Source of the DNA: Eledone cirrhosa
Lineage: Eukaryota
Assembly (NCBI GenBank): GCA_964016885.1
Contig: OZ024742.1
Location: forward strand, 307,892,001-307,956,000
DNA: 64,000 nucleotides
Direction of reading: 5' to 3'
Part shown: one piece after another, positions 28,531 through 43,647 of the stretch
How the letters are laid out: every line of letters begins with the position of its first letter
How positions within the stretch are numbered: the stretch's first letter is position 1
Notes under the pieces: generated by a model
What the model saw: only the letters and a program-made list of their open reading frames with translations
Database searches by the model: none
What the model was told of the DNA's origin: nothing
Made by a program: the position numbers and the translations under genes

Positions 28531-28600
28531 TATATTTTATCTGATGAGAACGTACTGAAAAAACTGCACAGTACCTCCGGAATATATATAATAAAATATA
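28531..28600 (+). ncRNA. Degenerate type I HHR in fold-back element 28427-28645
   Basis: 10-bp stem I tatattttat/ataaaatata, CTGATGA, gtactg/cagtac stem II, GGAA in place of GAAA, then tatata-TA. Confidence 0.65.
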
Positions 28601-28641
28601 TTTTGATTACGTTGAATTTCTATATTTATTAATATTTTGAA

Positions 28642-28736
<95 letters not shown>

Positions 28737-28997
28737 TAGATTGAGTTAGAAACTCAAAATAGTCTTTTACAATTAAATAGCTCAAAGAAGGGAATCTTTC
28801 CGAGCCGTGTAATAGTATTTTTCAACCTAGCTAACTTATTAGCAATTGGAACACATGTATACTTATATCTGTGTTCATCCCTCTCATATATCCAATTATA
28901 TATTGAATCAATCTAATCCAAACAACTGTCGAGTGTTCTGAATCAGTTATAAACATTTATATTTGTTGAATTACCGAGAAATTGAATATCCCTTTTG

Positions 28998-29064
<67 letters not shown>

Positions 29065-29143
29065 GGATATATGAGAGGGATGAACACAGATATAAGTATA
29101 CATGTGTTCCAATTGCTAATAAGTTAGCTAGGTTGAAAAATAT

Positions 29144-29204
<61 letters not shown>

Positions 29205-29905
29205 CAAAAGGGATATTCAATTTGTCGGTAATTCAACAAATATAAATGTTTATAACTGATTCAGAGCACTCGACAGTTTTTTGGATTAGATTGATTCAAT
29301 ATTAGATCTATATAATACATTATAAAGAAAGAAAAAACATTAGATATAAATAAAAAGATATGATATACCTAAATTCCTTCATTATCCTCGACTACGTAGT
29401 TTCGTGGCTATTATGCAAAAACATTACATCATAGAGATGCAGTATTTTTGTGAGGTTTGCCGACTTATCAAGTAGATACTTCATTTAGAGTTTCAAAACA
29501 CGTCCGTAGAACGCGGGATAGAATCCCGAAAGGCGGAAGGGGAACTTATCAAGTGATACAGCGGTCAAGAAACAGAGAAAAGCCTCTTACAACCAAGAGA
29601 AAAATACCACAAAAGACGGAGGGGCTATTTATGTCAAGGGCGTAGAAGAGTTGGCTAGGAGGGCGAGAAGTGTGAGTAGTATAAGCTTAACAGCAGTCAC
29701 TACACTTCAGTGGTTACTCTACCGAAGGGAGTTATAAACAATACAAAGAAATACACAGACACATGCGAATACATACATATACATGCATATACCCACATAT
29801 ATCCCTGAATTTGTGTGGTGCCAACCTTAACCGTTGTTGCTCTATGAATAATAGGGACAACATAATCTGAATGGATTAGATTGATTCAATATCAGAAATA
29901 TATAA

Positions 29906-31099
29906 TCTATATATATAAAGCTGTGGTTGTCTGTCTGTCTATCGATTTTTGGCACACATCTCCTCTTAGAATGTCTGACGGAATTGCACCGAAATTGCTA
30001 TACTTGTACATTGAGCCCTAACGAAGACATCGGAAAAAAATTATTTCAAATTAACCCACCCTATGTGACGAAATCGAATCTAATGTATCGATTTTTGAGC
30101 GTAAGTGACGAGTTATTTCCCTTTGTTCTATATATATAAAGCTGTGGTTGTCTGTCAGTCTATCGATTTTTGGCACACATCTCCTCTTAGAATCTCTGAC
30201 GGAATTGCACCGAAATTGCTATACTTGTACATTGAGCCCTAGCGAAGACATCGGAAAAAAAATATTTCAAATTGACCCACCCTATGTGACGAAATCGAAT
30301 CTAATGTATCGATTTTTGAGCGTAAGTGACGAGTTATTTCCCTTTGTTCTGTTTACATTGAGCGTCTGCGTGCAAAAATTAAAAAAATTACGCTGGCTTT
30401 CTCAGCGTTTAAAATGACATTAACACAATACACGAACAGTTGTCGAGCCAGCAAAATTTTGACCTGCAAAATTCATCAGTTCGAACACTAAGCTTCCGTT
30501 TTGCTTCATTTCCATTTAAAAGCCTTTTAAAACAATATCTTTACTTGAAAACGATTTAAAGACTACGTAAACTATTTAAAGACTACGTAAAACAAGCAAA
30601 TATTTCGTAAAAAAAAGCAAAAATTATATAAGTTTATTTAAAATATATGTATCTGTAAATTTCGTTATGCGTGCAGACAGACAGTCGTGCAGAGAGGTGA
30701 TATACGCGTGCAGACAGACAGTCGTGCAGAGAGGTGATATAGGCGTGCAGACAGACAGTCGTGCAGAGAGGTGATATAGGCGTGCAGACAGACATAACTG
30801 ATAATTTGGTTACGCTAATGTTTTTCTCTGCGTTGCAGTGTTTACATTTTCGATCTTTGTTAATAAATAACCAGTGCAGTTTTTATCCCCAGCATCCTCT
30901 TTTGTTATAACATTCGGGTTATCGTTATGTTTTCTTAACTTCATAAGGCATATTGTTGGTTGAGGGAATATTAATCAAAAACACCACATGCAAGTCTGCA
31001 CAGTAGACACTACAGTTTTTAAGCCAAAAAAGAAACTTAACATTGTAACTTTAACACAGCTACTGAGCGACCCCGAGCAACGCCGGGCTTTACTGCTAG
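29906..31099 (+). mobile_element. Non-autonomous Helitron
   Basis: 5' TC, 3' hairpin cccg(agcaacgc)cggg then CTAG, inserted between A and T with no TSD; the empty site tataa|tacattataaag is present at ~29312. Confidence 0.9.
30669..30794 (+). repeat. 37 bp minisatellite (~3.4 copies) inside the Helitron
   Basis: gcgtgcagacagacagtcgtgcagagaggtgatata(c/g) at 30669, 30706, 30743 and 30780. Confidence 0.95.
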
Positions 31100-31412
31100 T
31101 ACATTATAAAGAAAGAAGAAATATTAGATATAAACAAAAATATATAATATACCTAAATTCCTTCATTATCCTCGACTACGGTAGAGTAACCACTGAAGTA
31201 TAGTGACTGCTGTTAAGCTTACACTACTCACACTTCTCGCCCTCCTAGCCAAATCTTCTACGGCCTTGACATAAATACCCCCTCCGCCTTATTTGGCATT
31301 TTTCTCTTGGTTGTAAGAGGCTTAGCTCTGTTTCTTGACCGCTGTATCACGTGATACGTTCCTCCTCCGCCTTTCGGGATTCTATCTCGCGTCCTACAGA
31401 CTCTAAGTGAGG

Positions 31413-31508
31413 TATCCTCTTGATAAGTCGGCAAACCTCACAAAAATACTGCATCTCTATGATGTAATGTTTTTGTATAATAGCCACGAAACTACGTAGT
31501 CGAGGATA
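31413..31508 (+). ncRNA. Type I HHR, U3-A8 core variant with long stem II (second copy at 29383-29478, minus)
   Basis: tatcctc-TTGATAA-gtcggc..gccac-GAAA-ctacgtag-TC-gaggata. Confidence 0.75.
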
Positions 31509-31741
31509 ATGAAGGAATTTAGGTATATCATATCTTTTTATTTATATCTAATGTTTCTTCTTTCTTTATAATGTATTATATAGCTCTGATATTGAATCAA
31601 TCTAATCCATTCAGATTATTTTGTCCCTATTATTCATAGAGCAACAACAACGGTTAAGGTTGGCACCACACACATTCAGGGATATATGTGGGTATATGCA
31701 TGTATATGTATGTATTCGCATGTGTCTGTGTATTTCTTTGT

Positions 31742-31800
<59 letters not shown>

Positions 31801-31812
31801 GTAATATAGATG

Positions 31813-31863
31813 AGATTCTACAGGACTAGAACTGTTTCATTCTTGAGAAATCATCAGGAATCT
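31813..31863 (-). ncRNA. Type I HHR
   Basis: agattc-CTGATGA-t-ttc(tcaa)gaa-t-GAAA-cag(ttctagtc)ctg-TA-gaatct. Confidence 0.85.
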
Positions 31864-32222
31864 GACTGTCCAAGTAAATATGGTGGTATTTATATCTATT
31901 CTGGTGGTAGGAGAGGGTGGGGAGTGGGATGGGTGGAGGTTATTGGTTGAAAGAAACGGGAATTCATTAAAAGTTAATTCTTTAAAGCTATAATTTATAT
32001 TTAAAGTGACATCAATTTATATATGTTATCTGATGAGGACGTACTGAAAAAAGTTTATAGAATTCTTTCTGCCTTTGTCACTCTAAATATAAATTATAGC
32101 TTTAAAGAATTACCTTTTAATGAATTCATTTTCTTTCAACCAATGACCTCCACACATCCCACTCCCCACCCTCTCCTACCACTAGAAAAGATATAAATAC
32201 CACCGTATTTATTTGTACAGTC

Positions 32223-32273
32223 AGATTCCTGATGATCTTTCAAGAATGAAACAGTTCTAGTCCTGTAGAATTT
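32223..32273 (+). ncRNA. Type I HHR (right arm)
   Basis: agattc-CTGATGA-tctttcaagaat-GAAA-cag(ttctagtc)ctg-TA-gaattt. Confidence 0.75.
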
Positions 32274-33712
32274 CATCTATATTAAAACTTTTATACTCTG
32301 CTATGTATTGAGTACCTTACTTACTGTGGTTACCTCCGATTCAACCCGGAATAACTTACCTATATATATATATATGCAAATAAAGATTCAGCGATAATCG
32401 TATTTTCGGCGGGCAGGAAAGGCGAAGCGAAACGCAAAAATCAGAAATGATACTGGCAAAGTATATATATATATAACGAAGGAAATGTGGTAAGGAACAG
32501 CTGGACCATAACTCACCACAGTACTCTATACTCTCAATATATATAATTACTTTGAAAATGAGTGGTACAATCATGAATTAACAACTGTGATTATTGAAAT
32601 AACTTCTTGGATGTTAAACAAAACTGCTCAATAAAACACTGACTGCCTTTTGGCCACGATATCGTTTGTGGTTATGGCTATGATTACATTTCGCCTTCTT
32701 GGAGCTATTAAACTAGATGTGAATAAAGGCAATCTAAATTAAGCTATTCGTAGTGCTAGTTAATGATATGTATCGCTAGTAAGTTACTCTGAGTTACCTT
32801 TATAAGGTTAAATTCTTTGGAGTTCTACATATAGCTTTAAAGCTTTAACATATGTTATAGTTGCTAGGCTAAATGATTGATAGCTACGTCGCTACTCTAA
32901 AGCACCACGATTCTTGATTTCTATGCTCGTAACAAAAATAATGTAAAACAATACAAGAAAGCAAGTATACTTCAAAGACCTACAGAGTAATTTCCTTTTT
33001 ACCAATACCTGAAAATGTTGTTAACAAACAATAAATAGATATCAAGAAACGATAGGAGAATGTAAGTTTGTTTTTACACCTAGTTTTAGCACAGTAGATG
33101 CCTGTTTTATCGACACACAAAACATAGAACATATCATACAAACATGCATCAATTGTGCTTACAAGCCAATCTCATAGATCTCATAGCAGTAGCCAACACC
33201 ATCTTGCAGAGGTTCCTTGTGAAGCTGATTACAACAATATGTGTAGAGATCAAGATAGTGTATACAAGCATATCGAGAGGGCCAGGGCCATAGATGTTCA
33301 ACTGATCTATTGCTAGATATACGAGTGAGTATGTTGCATTCTATATCCCATTCCAAAATTCTCTTTCGAATTTAGCAAGAAAATCTTGAATAAATATCTG
33401 GTTATTCCGGACACAGTCTTTATAGATATTGAATATGCTGACAACAACTCTACTGTCTAGAATACTTCACGAGTTGAAAATATCCAGAAAACTGATAGAC
33501 AAAACATGAAAAGAATGAAACATGAAAATAAAATGGTCGGAGTTGAAGAACATGCCACAGGACGTTTCTGAATTGGAAATCGCTATGGAGTGTTTGGTAG
33601 TTTAGTATCATGGATTAGGATACTTGAGTCCGTACTAGCATCTACAACTATCGGAAGACTAGGGAGCATGTATTTCGACTCACTTACATAATGATACACA
33701 ACAATAATTAAT

Positions 33713-33903
33713 TATTTCTACTTTTGGCACAAGGAAAGCAATTACCCAGTACATTACTGGTACTTTATTTTATCGACCCCGTAAGGATGAAAGACAAAGT
33801 TAACCTCGACGGGATTTGAACTCAGATCATAAAGGGCTGTAACTCTATGCTGCAAAGCATGGCGTCCGACCCTCTACCTATACTGCCTATCCACCGCCCT
33901 ACA
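33713..33903 (-). mobile_element. SINE family A with 19 bp TSD
   Basis: ATACACAACAATAATTAAT at 33694-33712 and 33904-33922. Confidence 0.92.
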
Positions 33904-34374
33904 ATACACAACAATAATTAATCCACAAACCCTATGTATTAGTTATAAAATTAATGATTATCATGCTCATATGTTTGCACACAGCTTTACTGATTATAAA
34001 AACCATTCTCCTTCCATTATCCTTCTACTTCCTTATAGAGAGGAAATCTAAAATTTTAATTCTTTAAATATCGGTTGATTTGCTTCCCAAATAATCTAAT
34101 TACCTTAAATTTCAATTATATATTTTCAATACAATGTTACAATAAAATATTTTATAAACATTTTACAAACTGTATTTGTTTTTAATTCAAAATAATTTCA
34201 AAATGTGATAACAATGTCCTGCAAGCACTCGAATTATCCTACCAAGAACCCTCTCTACATAATTATATGAAATTGTTATTTGGGTTTTCTATATATAATT
34301 ACAGTTGCAAGATTGGAAATGTCTCAGTAATCAAAATTTTCAATTATAATAAATAGATTATACTCTTGTCAACA

Positions 34375-34710
34375 CAGTATGGCCGAATGGTTAAAGAGTT
34401 CGTTTTGAAATCATTAGAACCCGGCTTCTATTCTATCATGCAGTGTTTCATCTTAGGCAAGTGGTTTCATATACCATGGTTTCCTGTGGATCCATTCTTG
34501 TAGACGGTATGCACAAACGAGTTGGAAACTGTACCTGTAATTCAAAGAGCAAGCCTTGCCACACAAAGCTTCACACTGAATATCTCTGAGAATAAATCAA
34601 TGGATACACGTGTACATGGAATAGTGAGCCGGCTAAATATTAATTTCATGATTATTCTGTTTAATTAATCTAACAAATGTAAACGTTATCTTTGTAATTG
34701 CCGGAGGTCA
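34375..34710 (+). mobile_element. Old tRNA-derived SINE family B (Nin/Deu-domain-like)
   Basis: tggccgaatggttaa A box; gccttgccacac..ctgagaa..ttaatttcatga..ctgtt body homologous to 42845-43140 and 58945-59210. Confidence 0.6.
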
Positions 34711-34846
34711 ATTCCATGAAGTGGTTATTTGATTTTTGTATATAATTAATGTGAACAGCCGCAAGATGAAATGTGTGTCAGTAATCAAAACGTTCAGATA
34801 TAGTAAACAGATTACACAGTAGTCTATTCTTACTTGGAATTGGGTG

Positions 34847-34906
<60 letters not shown>

Positions 34907-34978
34907 CACCCAATTTCAAGTAAGAATAGACTACTGTGTAATCTGTTTACTATATCTGAACGTTTTGATTACTGACAC

Positions 34979-35068
<90 letters not shown>

Positions 35069-35418
35069 TGGTTTCTTATATAGGCACAAGGCCAGTGATT
35101 TTGGGGGAGGGGAAAGTCGATGGAATCGACCCCAGTGCGTGACTGGTAGTTTATTTTATTGACCCCGTGAGGATGAAAGGCAAAGTTAACATCGGCGGGA
35201 TTTGAAATCAGATCATAAAGGGCCGTAACTCTTTGCTGCAAAGCATGGCGTCCGACTCTCTACCGATACTGCCAATCCACCACCCTATATATATATAGTG
35301 GATTGGCAGTATCGGTAGAGAGTCGGACGCCATGCTTTACAGCAAAGAGTTACGGCCCTTTAGGATCTGATTTCAAATCCCGCCGATGTTAACTTTGCCT
35401 TTCATCCTCACGCGGTCA

Positions 35419-35422
<4 letters not shown>
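35069..35422. mobile_element. SINE family A (minus) followed by an inverted duplicate of its 5' half across a short (TA)n
   Basis: 35156-35281 is mirrored at 35298-35422. Confidence 0.9.
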
Positions 35423-35468
<46 letters not shown>

Positions 35469-35561
35469 GTATCAGTAATCAAAACGTTCAGATATAGTAA
35501 ACAGATCTCACAGTAGTCTATTCTTACTTGAAATTGGGTGCAATATATATATATATTGCAC

Positions 35562-35611
<50 letters not shown>

Positions 35612-35614
<3 letters not shown>

Positions 35615-38600
35615 CCCATTTTTAAAACAAACTAAAACTCACACACCACATGTACAACAAATAACAAAAAAAGTAACAAAACGTCCAACATACCCCCAGC
35701 AAAACTATAACGATAATCCCAGAAACCATAGACAAAACTATAACCCTACTAACAAAAACCGAAGATCCCCGAACACAAGGCAGGACCCAATCCGCAGATC
35801 ACAACCCTCACAAAACCTATTCCAAAACCGTAGACCCCTGCCCACACAGAGCCTGTTCTAAAACCGTAGATCCCAACCCACACAAAGGAGCAAAATCTAC
35901 AACCCGGACTATCAACAAACCGAACCTCAATACGTCCGAAACTTCTATACAAGACCACACAACAACAGGGGAAATACCATTAGATATAATAATACCATTG
36001 AAATAACATTCCAGAAAAATCATTTTTTAGACCAAGGCTACAGCACCCACGACACCCGGTGGCACAATCGGATTTTGAAAAACCGAAAATAATCAACCTT
36101 TCAAATACAAACCTCTCAGCCCAACAAGTAAAAATTCTCTCCAAAGAACTGAAATTCACACCAACACCACAATACTCTAACCCCAATGAGATAAATGACG
36201 ATATCTCACACTTCTGTAGAAAATTACGTTTCACAGAGGAATTCTTTGACAGGGAGAATAACGACAAATCAATTGTACGGAATAAAAGCAGCTACAACCC
36301 AACAAAAGTTAGAAACAGAGTTCTGGACAAATTTTGTGACCACATAGCTACCTTCCCATACAATTAACTACCGCAACCTAAACCCAAACCCAACAAGAGT
36401 CGAAGGGAATGGGAGATTATCCATGAACTAAAAAACAATACGGACATTATAATTAAGGAAGCGGACAAGGGAAGTACTGTTGTCATTATGGAGGCTGAAA
36501 AATATAAAAATTCTATGTTATCTCTCTTACAAAATACTAATTACTATGAAAGAGTAAAAAACTACCACCAATCAAATATAATTACCAGATTAAACACACT
36601 GATTTATCGATACCAGGAAGACCTAACTAAAAAGGAACGCGATTATTTAACACATTTTGAATACAAAACCAGCAACCTTTACCGACTTCCGAAGATCCAC
36701 AAGTGTAAAATAATTAACGATGCCTGTAAACAATCCACCTCAGCCTGCGTGACACATAATACCCCACATACCTTAAATTAAGACCAATTGTAGCGGGCCC
36801 ACAATGTGAAACACACAGACTGAGCAACGTTATAAACAAACTACTAAAACCAATTCTCAAACACATACCAAGCCTTGCAAGAGACGATCTGAACCTCTTA
36901 AACCACTTCCCCAAACATGTCAACAACGACACTATTATTGTGTCTTTCGATGTAGTGAATCTCTACACAACGATCCCACACCAATACGGACTAGAAGCAA
37001 TAGGATTCTGGCTATAGAAATATCCCAATGAGATACCTGACAGAATAGAAAAAAGCTTCATCACCGAGGGATTAAAATTCATCTTACAGAAAAACCTTTT
37101 TGATTTCGATGGCAGTACTTACAAGCAAATATCGAGGACTGCGATGGGTACAAAAGCTGCTCCAACTTATGCCAACTTAGTCACGGCATACTTAGAAGTC
37201 CAGATTTATGAACAGTCCAAATCAAAATACGGATTGAACTTCCACAAATATTTATCAGAGAATTGGAAACACTGCTTGGATGATTGTCTTATTCTTTGGC
37301 CCCACACACTCGACCAACTGAATGATTAAAAAATCTAATAAACGGCATCAATAACCACATCCAATTCACAATGGAATACAGCCAAGATCAACTCCCATTT
37401 CTGGACATCTTAATCTTAAAAAAAGACACAAAAATTGAAACTGACATACACTACAAACCAACAGATTCCAAACGATACCTGCTATTCACCTCCAACCAGC
37501 CAAAGCACACGAAGACCAACATTCCTTTTAACCTAGCAAGAAGAATTTGCACGATTGTCTCCAATTATGAAACGCAAAATAAAATAATTCAAGAATTAAA
37601 CGAAATTCTACTCGAAAGAGAGTACCCACTATTACATAATGGAATAGAAAGGGCTAAAGCAATAGGCATTGATGAATTACGAAAACAGAAACAAATTCAA
37701 GGTACGTCCAATATTCTATCATATATCTCAACACACAGCCCAAGAAATGCGGAAGCTTACAACACTATTCACAAGAACATCCCACTACTAAAACAAAACC
37801 CAAGAATGAAAAAAGCCCTTGAAACACACAAAATAATCAAAAGCAAAAGACAACCGAAATCACTGAAAACATTACTCACCAATGCCAAATTACCTACCAC
37901 AAACCCACAACCAACTGTCAAAAAATGTGGTCGCTCTAATTGTGGAACCTGCACTCACCTCATTGAAGGCAACACGTATACATTTAAATCAGGACAAAAT
38001 TTTACTGTAAAAAATCACTTGTTCATCAAAAAATCTACTTTATGCCATTAAATGTAAAGGATGCAATGAAGATTATATAGGACAAACTAAACTCACACTC
38101 AGAAACAGAATGACACTTCATCGCCAACAATTACGAGATCCAACCACGAGACAGATACCACTAAGTGCACATCTAGACACATGCGCAAGTAATAAGACAC
38201 CCAAATTCCAAGTCTTCCCATTTTACCTTTGCGCTAACAATACAACAGAACAAATACGAATAAATAAGGAAAATATGTTTATTCAAAAATATAGACCAGC
38301 ATTAAATATGGTTTAATATACATTATGTCAACACCATAACATGCTAACCATCCAAACAGACACATACACACACACATAAGACCTTCTACTTTAGAAAATA
38401 AAAAACCGAACTAAATAAACCTTAACATACGTTTGTACTGACAATACAACAGAACAACTACGAATAAGCAAGGAAAATATGTTCATTCAAAAATATTCCT
38501 ACTAAAAGAATCATTTTCCTACACACACACACACACACACACACATACACACACACAATATATATATATTCTCTTCATCTTAACATGCTAACCATACTCC

Positions 38601-39546
38601 CCCACACACAACACCCATATACACACATAACAACCCCCACGCCCACACACACAACTCCCTCCCCCATTTCTACTAATAGAATCACTTTCCTACACACATA
38701 TATACAGACACACAAAATATATATTCTCTCCATCTTAACATACTCCCACACACACACACATAACACCCATATACACATACACTCAACTCCCTCCTCCATT
38801 TCTACTAATAGAATCATCTTCCAATACACACACACACACACACACACACACAAGCACACAAATAAACATACATATCTTTACTTTCTTTATTCAATAGAAA
38901 ATTTGAATTCTGACACCCCAGCGAACTAACCATATTCACTGAACCAGAACAATTCTCCCATCAAATTTCTCTTGACCATTATCTTTTACTTATCATAAAA
39001 TTATCTAAAAAGGCTACAGAATAGATTTCCAAATAAGCGCGCGAAAATTTAATGAAAACTTGTTCACGTGACAGCCATAATTTCATTTATAACCAATCAA
39101 ATTACGTATATTAAAAAAAAGCCTTCGTGAGCCTTTTTTTTAAGTAAAAAGAAATTCAAACACTCATATATGAAAAAAACAACCTGTGACAACCCCCTCC
39201 CCCTTGTTTGAAGTACTTTGTAACGCGAACTGGCGCGAAATTTATTATGATTATTGTCCAACCAATCAAATTACTTCTCGAAAAACCTGGCATTTCGAGC
39301 CACTTTTCCATATAAAACAAGTAACATTCAGAGACCAACCAGATGTGAGAAAAACCACGGACCCTCCATCTCAACTCTACTTTTGAAAAGCAGAAGAACT
39401 GCGAAACCGGTGAAGGAACCAAATAAATATATATATCTTTTTAAAAATAAGACTCCAGTTGCATTTTCGATTTCATCTTTTTTTCTTTATACTTTCACTC
39501 GTGTAGGACACCTCGGTTATTTTTCATTTTGTAAAAAAACCCTCAC

Positions 39547-39552
<6 letters not shown>
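35612..39552 (+). mobile_element. Decayed, near full-length Penelope-like element B (RT + GIY-YIG), (TA)n on both sides
   Basis: IINLS..KFTPTP, KEADKG, LPKIHK, RPIV, VSFDVVNLYT, AMGTKAAPTYANL, LDD, LPFLD, YKPTD, KCGRSNCGTC, YAIKC..YIGQT..RMTLH; many stops and frameshifts. Confidence 0.92.
39380..39415 (+). ncRNA. HHR-like motif near the 3' end of element B (U3-A8 core, G at the cleavage position)
   Basis: ctt-TTGAAAA-gcag(aagaa)ctgc-GAAA-ccgg-TG-aag. Confidence 0.55.
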
Positions 39553-39935
<383 letters not shown>

Positions 39936-39970
39936 AGTAAGTATGTTTTGAAACAGTGACCAGGTATGAA

Positions 39971-40161
39971 ATTAGAAAATAGAATAGCTTTCACCGTATT
40001 TTCGACTAAAGGAATGTTTTAGCCTGATAATGGGGTTTAGAACCCTCAGATAAATGGAAAAAGATGAGTATTGACGTACATGTACGTCAATACTCATCTT
40101 TATATGAGGGTTCTAAACCCCATTATCAGGCTAAAAATTCCTTTAGTCAAAAGTACGGTTA
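39971..40161. repeat. Near-perfect palindrome between (TA)n tracts
   Basis: Centre TTGACGTACATGTACGTCAA at ~40071-40090; arms ~80-110 bp with indels; no convincing HHR. Confidence 0.85.
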
Positions 40162-40170
40162 AAGCTATTC

Positions 40171-41306
<1,136 letters not shown>

Positions 41307-41329
41307 GTGGTTACACAACAGTTAGTTCA

Positions 41330-41380
41330 CCATACCGTGAACAATTGTTTCACCTTAGCGGATCCCTCAGCTCGGAATGG
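41330..41380 (-). ncRNA. Degenerate minimal HHR pointing toward the adjacent (TA)n
   Basis: ccattccgag-CTGAGGGA-tcc(gctaa)ggt-GAAA-caattg-TT-cacggtatgg. Confidence 0.6.
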
Positions 41381-42844
41381 GCATGGTTTTAGGAACAGGA
41401 AGGACAACCGTATGAACGCGCATGCGCAGAAACCCGGTCACTTCACACAGGCAATACTAGACTACGTGCGAGAGGTGTAAGGGAGATAACTCACACATTC
41501 ACATACACACATATAATTTGTGCTCGCGCGTCTGTGTGTCTTTCTATTTTGTTCTTCTTTCTCTTGTTCTCTACATCTTTGCTTACTACTTTCTCATTTC
41601 TCCTCTTCTGCGCTCCTCTGCTCTTCAAGGAGATAAACGTGTATTTATCCTCCTTCGTCACCTCCGTTTCGCCATCTTTCTTCCTTTCTATTCACAGCTG
41701 TCTTGTTGTTCTGACATCTTCCGTCGTATCACTTCCTCAATATTCCAAACGTCCCACGTCATCAAATGTTTTACTTTCTCTTATCAACTACGTTACACAC
41801 ACCTTCATTTGATAGGTTTAACAACATAATCGTATTTTCTTTTTAATTTTCTATAAATCCCTTATAAATGCCATATTTTCGAAGTTTGTGTCATGGGAGT
41901 ATGTATCTTGTTTTACCCGATTCACACGTCCATTTATAGAATTTATGAATATTTTCGGATGGAAGGTTCGTGTTTAAGCGTTTTGTTGATACTCGATTTA
42001 TCTTGAAATATGTCATTAACTCACCCACTTACATTCACTGATGCACAAATATACACACGGATTAAAGTTTTCCAATATTTAGCACCTCCATCCATGACGA
42101 ATTGTAAAGATTTTCAAATAAAAATAATAATTTTAAAGATTTCGCTGGAATTTAATCTTCATTTAGGTTTTTATTTTTTCTGCCTTGATATCCTCAATCC
42201 TGGCAGCCTTAGTGTACCATCCCCAATACATCCCCATCACGTCGATACAGATTTTAAATTTGAACATTAAAAATTAAACTCGGCTTTTTTTTGATATTGC
42301 TGGAGTGAATTTTCTGTCACTTGTGATAAATGATATTATTAATAAAGATAAATGAAGATATTCGTAAACTTCATGTAATTTTCCCCCTTGCATCAAATAA
42401 AGTAAACACAGTGAGATGAGTTGCCAATAAGAGGCGAACAATTATCTTAGGTATTCGAAAACTTAGTTTTAGAAAGTACATACGTTGTTTTAGTATTAAC
42501 ACACGCTACTTGACTTGTGTATATAATAGACCAAACTGTTTGTCTACTCACCAGTTGCTGTCTGTGTATATATTTGCGTATTTGCCTTTGTCTGTGTGAG
42601 TGTCTGAATAATATTTGGGTACCTCAGAACTTCAATACTTAACAACACATACCTTCAACTATCAACAAACAAATAATTATTTACCCATACCCTACTAGCT
42701 ACATCAAACAACAGACTATCAAGGATAAAACAAAACAACTTTCCAAAACAGTTTGCTGCAATTAAAATATAACTCACCACATTCTTCAGGCATTATTTAT
42801 ATCGAAAGTGGAAACTGACAGTAATTGTAAACTATTGGAATGGA

Positions 42845-43140
42845 CCTCCGTCGGTTTCGACAACGATAGTGCCAGTTGTTCGATCAACGGAACAGACTGC
42901 TCAGGATATTATCATACATTTGAAAAATACGTGTATTCTTAACGTAATTCTTACGGGGATTTGGCATGGTGTAGGATGTGACAAGGCAGGTCCTTTGAAA
43001 TATAGTTGAAATATAGGTACAGTCCATCCGGCGGGCTTCCAAACAGTTTGACTCACAACCCTAGGTTGACACCAGACTATTTTAAATGACACTGGCACAG
43101 TATTCTATGCAGTGGGATCTAACGCAACACCTAATGATTT
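42845..43140 (-). mobile_element. SINE family B copy
   Basis: ctccgtcggtt..gatcaacggaacag..tgtgacaaggcagg shared with 58945-59210. Confidence 0.7.
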
Positions 43141-43345
43141 CGAAATGATCTATATAGACGGAGGTCCATTCAACCATATTACATACACGGCTGCAAACCA
43201 TTAAATATCAATAGAATGGAGCGTTTTATTATTAACGGTACGCATGTGTAGTACACAAATCTAATTAATATTTTCAAATCCCACTGATGTCAACTTTCCC
43301 TTTCATCCCTCTATGGTCGACTAAAGAAAGTACCAGTAAAATAAT

Positions 43346-43528
43346 TGTTTCTACTTTAGGCACAAGGCCAGCAAATTATCCAGTGCATTACTGGTACTTT
43401 ATTTTATCGACCCCGTAAGGATGAGAGGCAAAGTCAACCTCGGCGGGATTTGAACTCAGATCGTAAAGGGACGTAACTATGCTAGAAAGCATGGCGTCCG
43501 ACCCTCTACCGATACTGCCAATCCACCG
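43346..43528 (-). mobile_element. Young SINE family A nested in an older related SINE, 13 bp TSD
   Basis: CCAGTAAAATAAT at 43333-43345 and 43529-43541; older copy begins ~43275. Confidence 0.9.
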
Positions 43529-43647
43529 CCAGTAAAATAATGGTTTAGATTTAATCAAATTCCCTCTTCTGTCCTACCTGAGTTAGAAATGATTATTGAT
43601 ATAATTTATATATTTCTGGTCAATTCATTTTTTTCTCGTATTATTCC

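Larger units (their letters stand above)
29283..31747. mobile_element. Penelope-type pLTR array (partial tandem plus inverted copy), interrupted by a Helitron
   Basis: 29283-29724 is inverted at 31179-31608; 29735-29905 is inverted at ~31572-31747; direct partial repeat at 29873-29905 plus 31100-31180. Confidence 0.8.
31804..32282. mobile_element. Head-to-head fold-back element with ~205 bp arms
   Basis: 31804-32011 versus the reverse complement at 32076-32282; (TA)n on the left. Confidence 0.88.

Noticed and set aside
31804-32282. Reading the fold-back elements as DNA-transposon MITEs or miRNA precursors
   Set aside because: Arms are asymmetric in length, have variable centres, carry outward-facing HHRs, and one related family shares its terminus with a Penelope element; small-RNA production cannot be judged from sequence
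33163-33202. Possible first coding exon on the minus strand (caagATGG..MVLATAMRSMRLA followed by GTAAG)
   Set aside because: Only 40 nt; joining to the nearest acceptor (~33009) gives a stop within ten codons; no recognisable homology
40015-40160. CTGATAA and CTGAGGG motifs in the palindrome
   Set aside because: No consistent stem I/II/III arrangement around them
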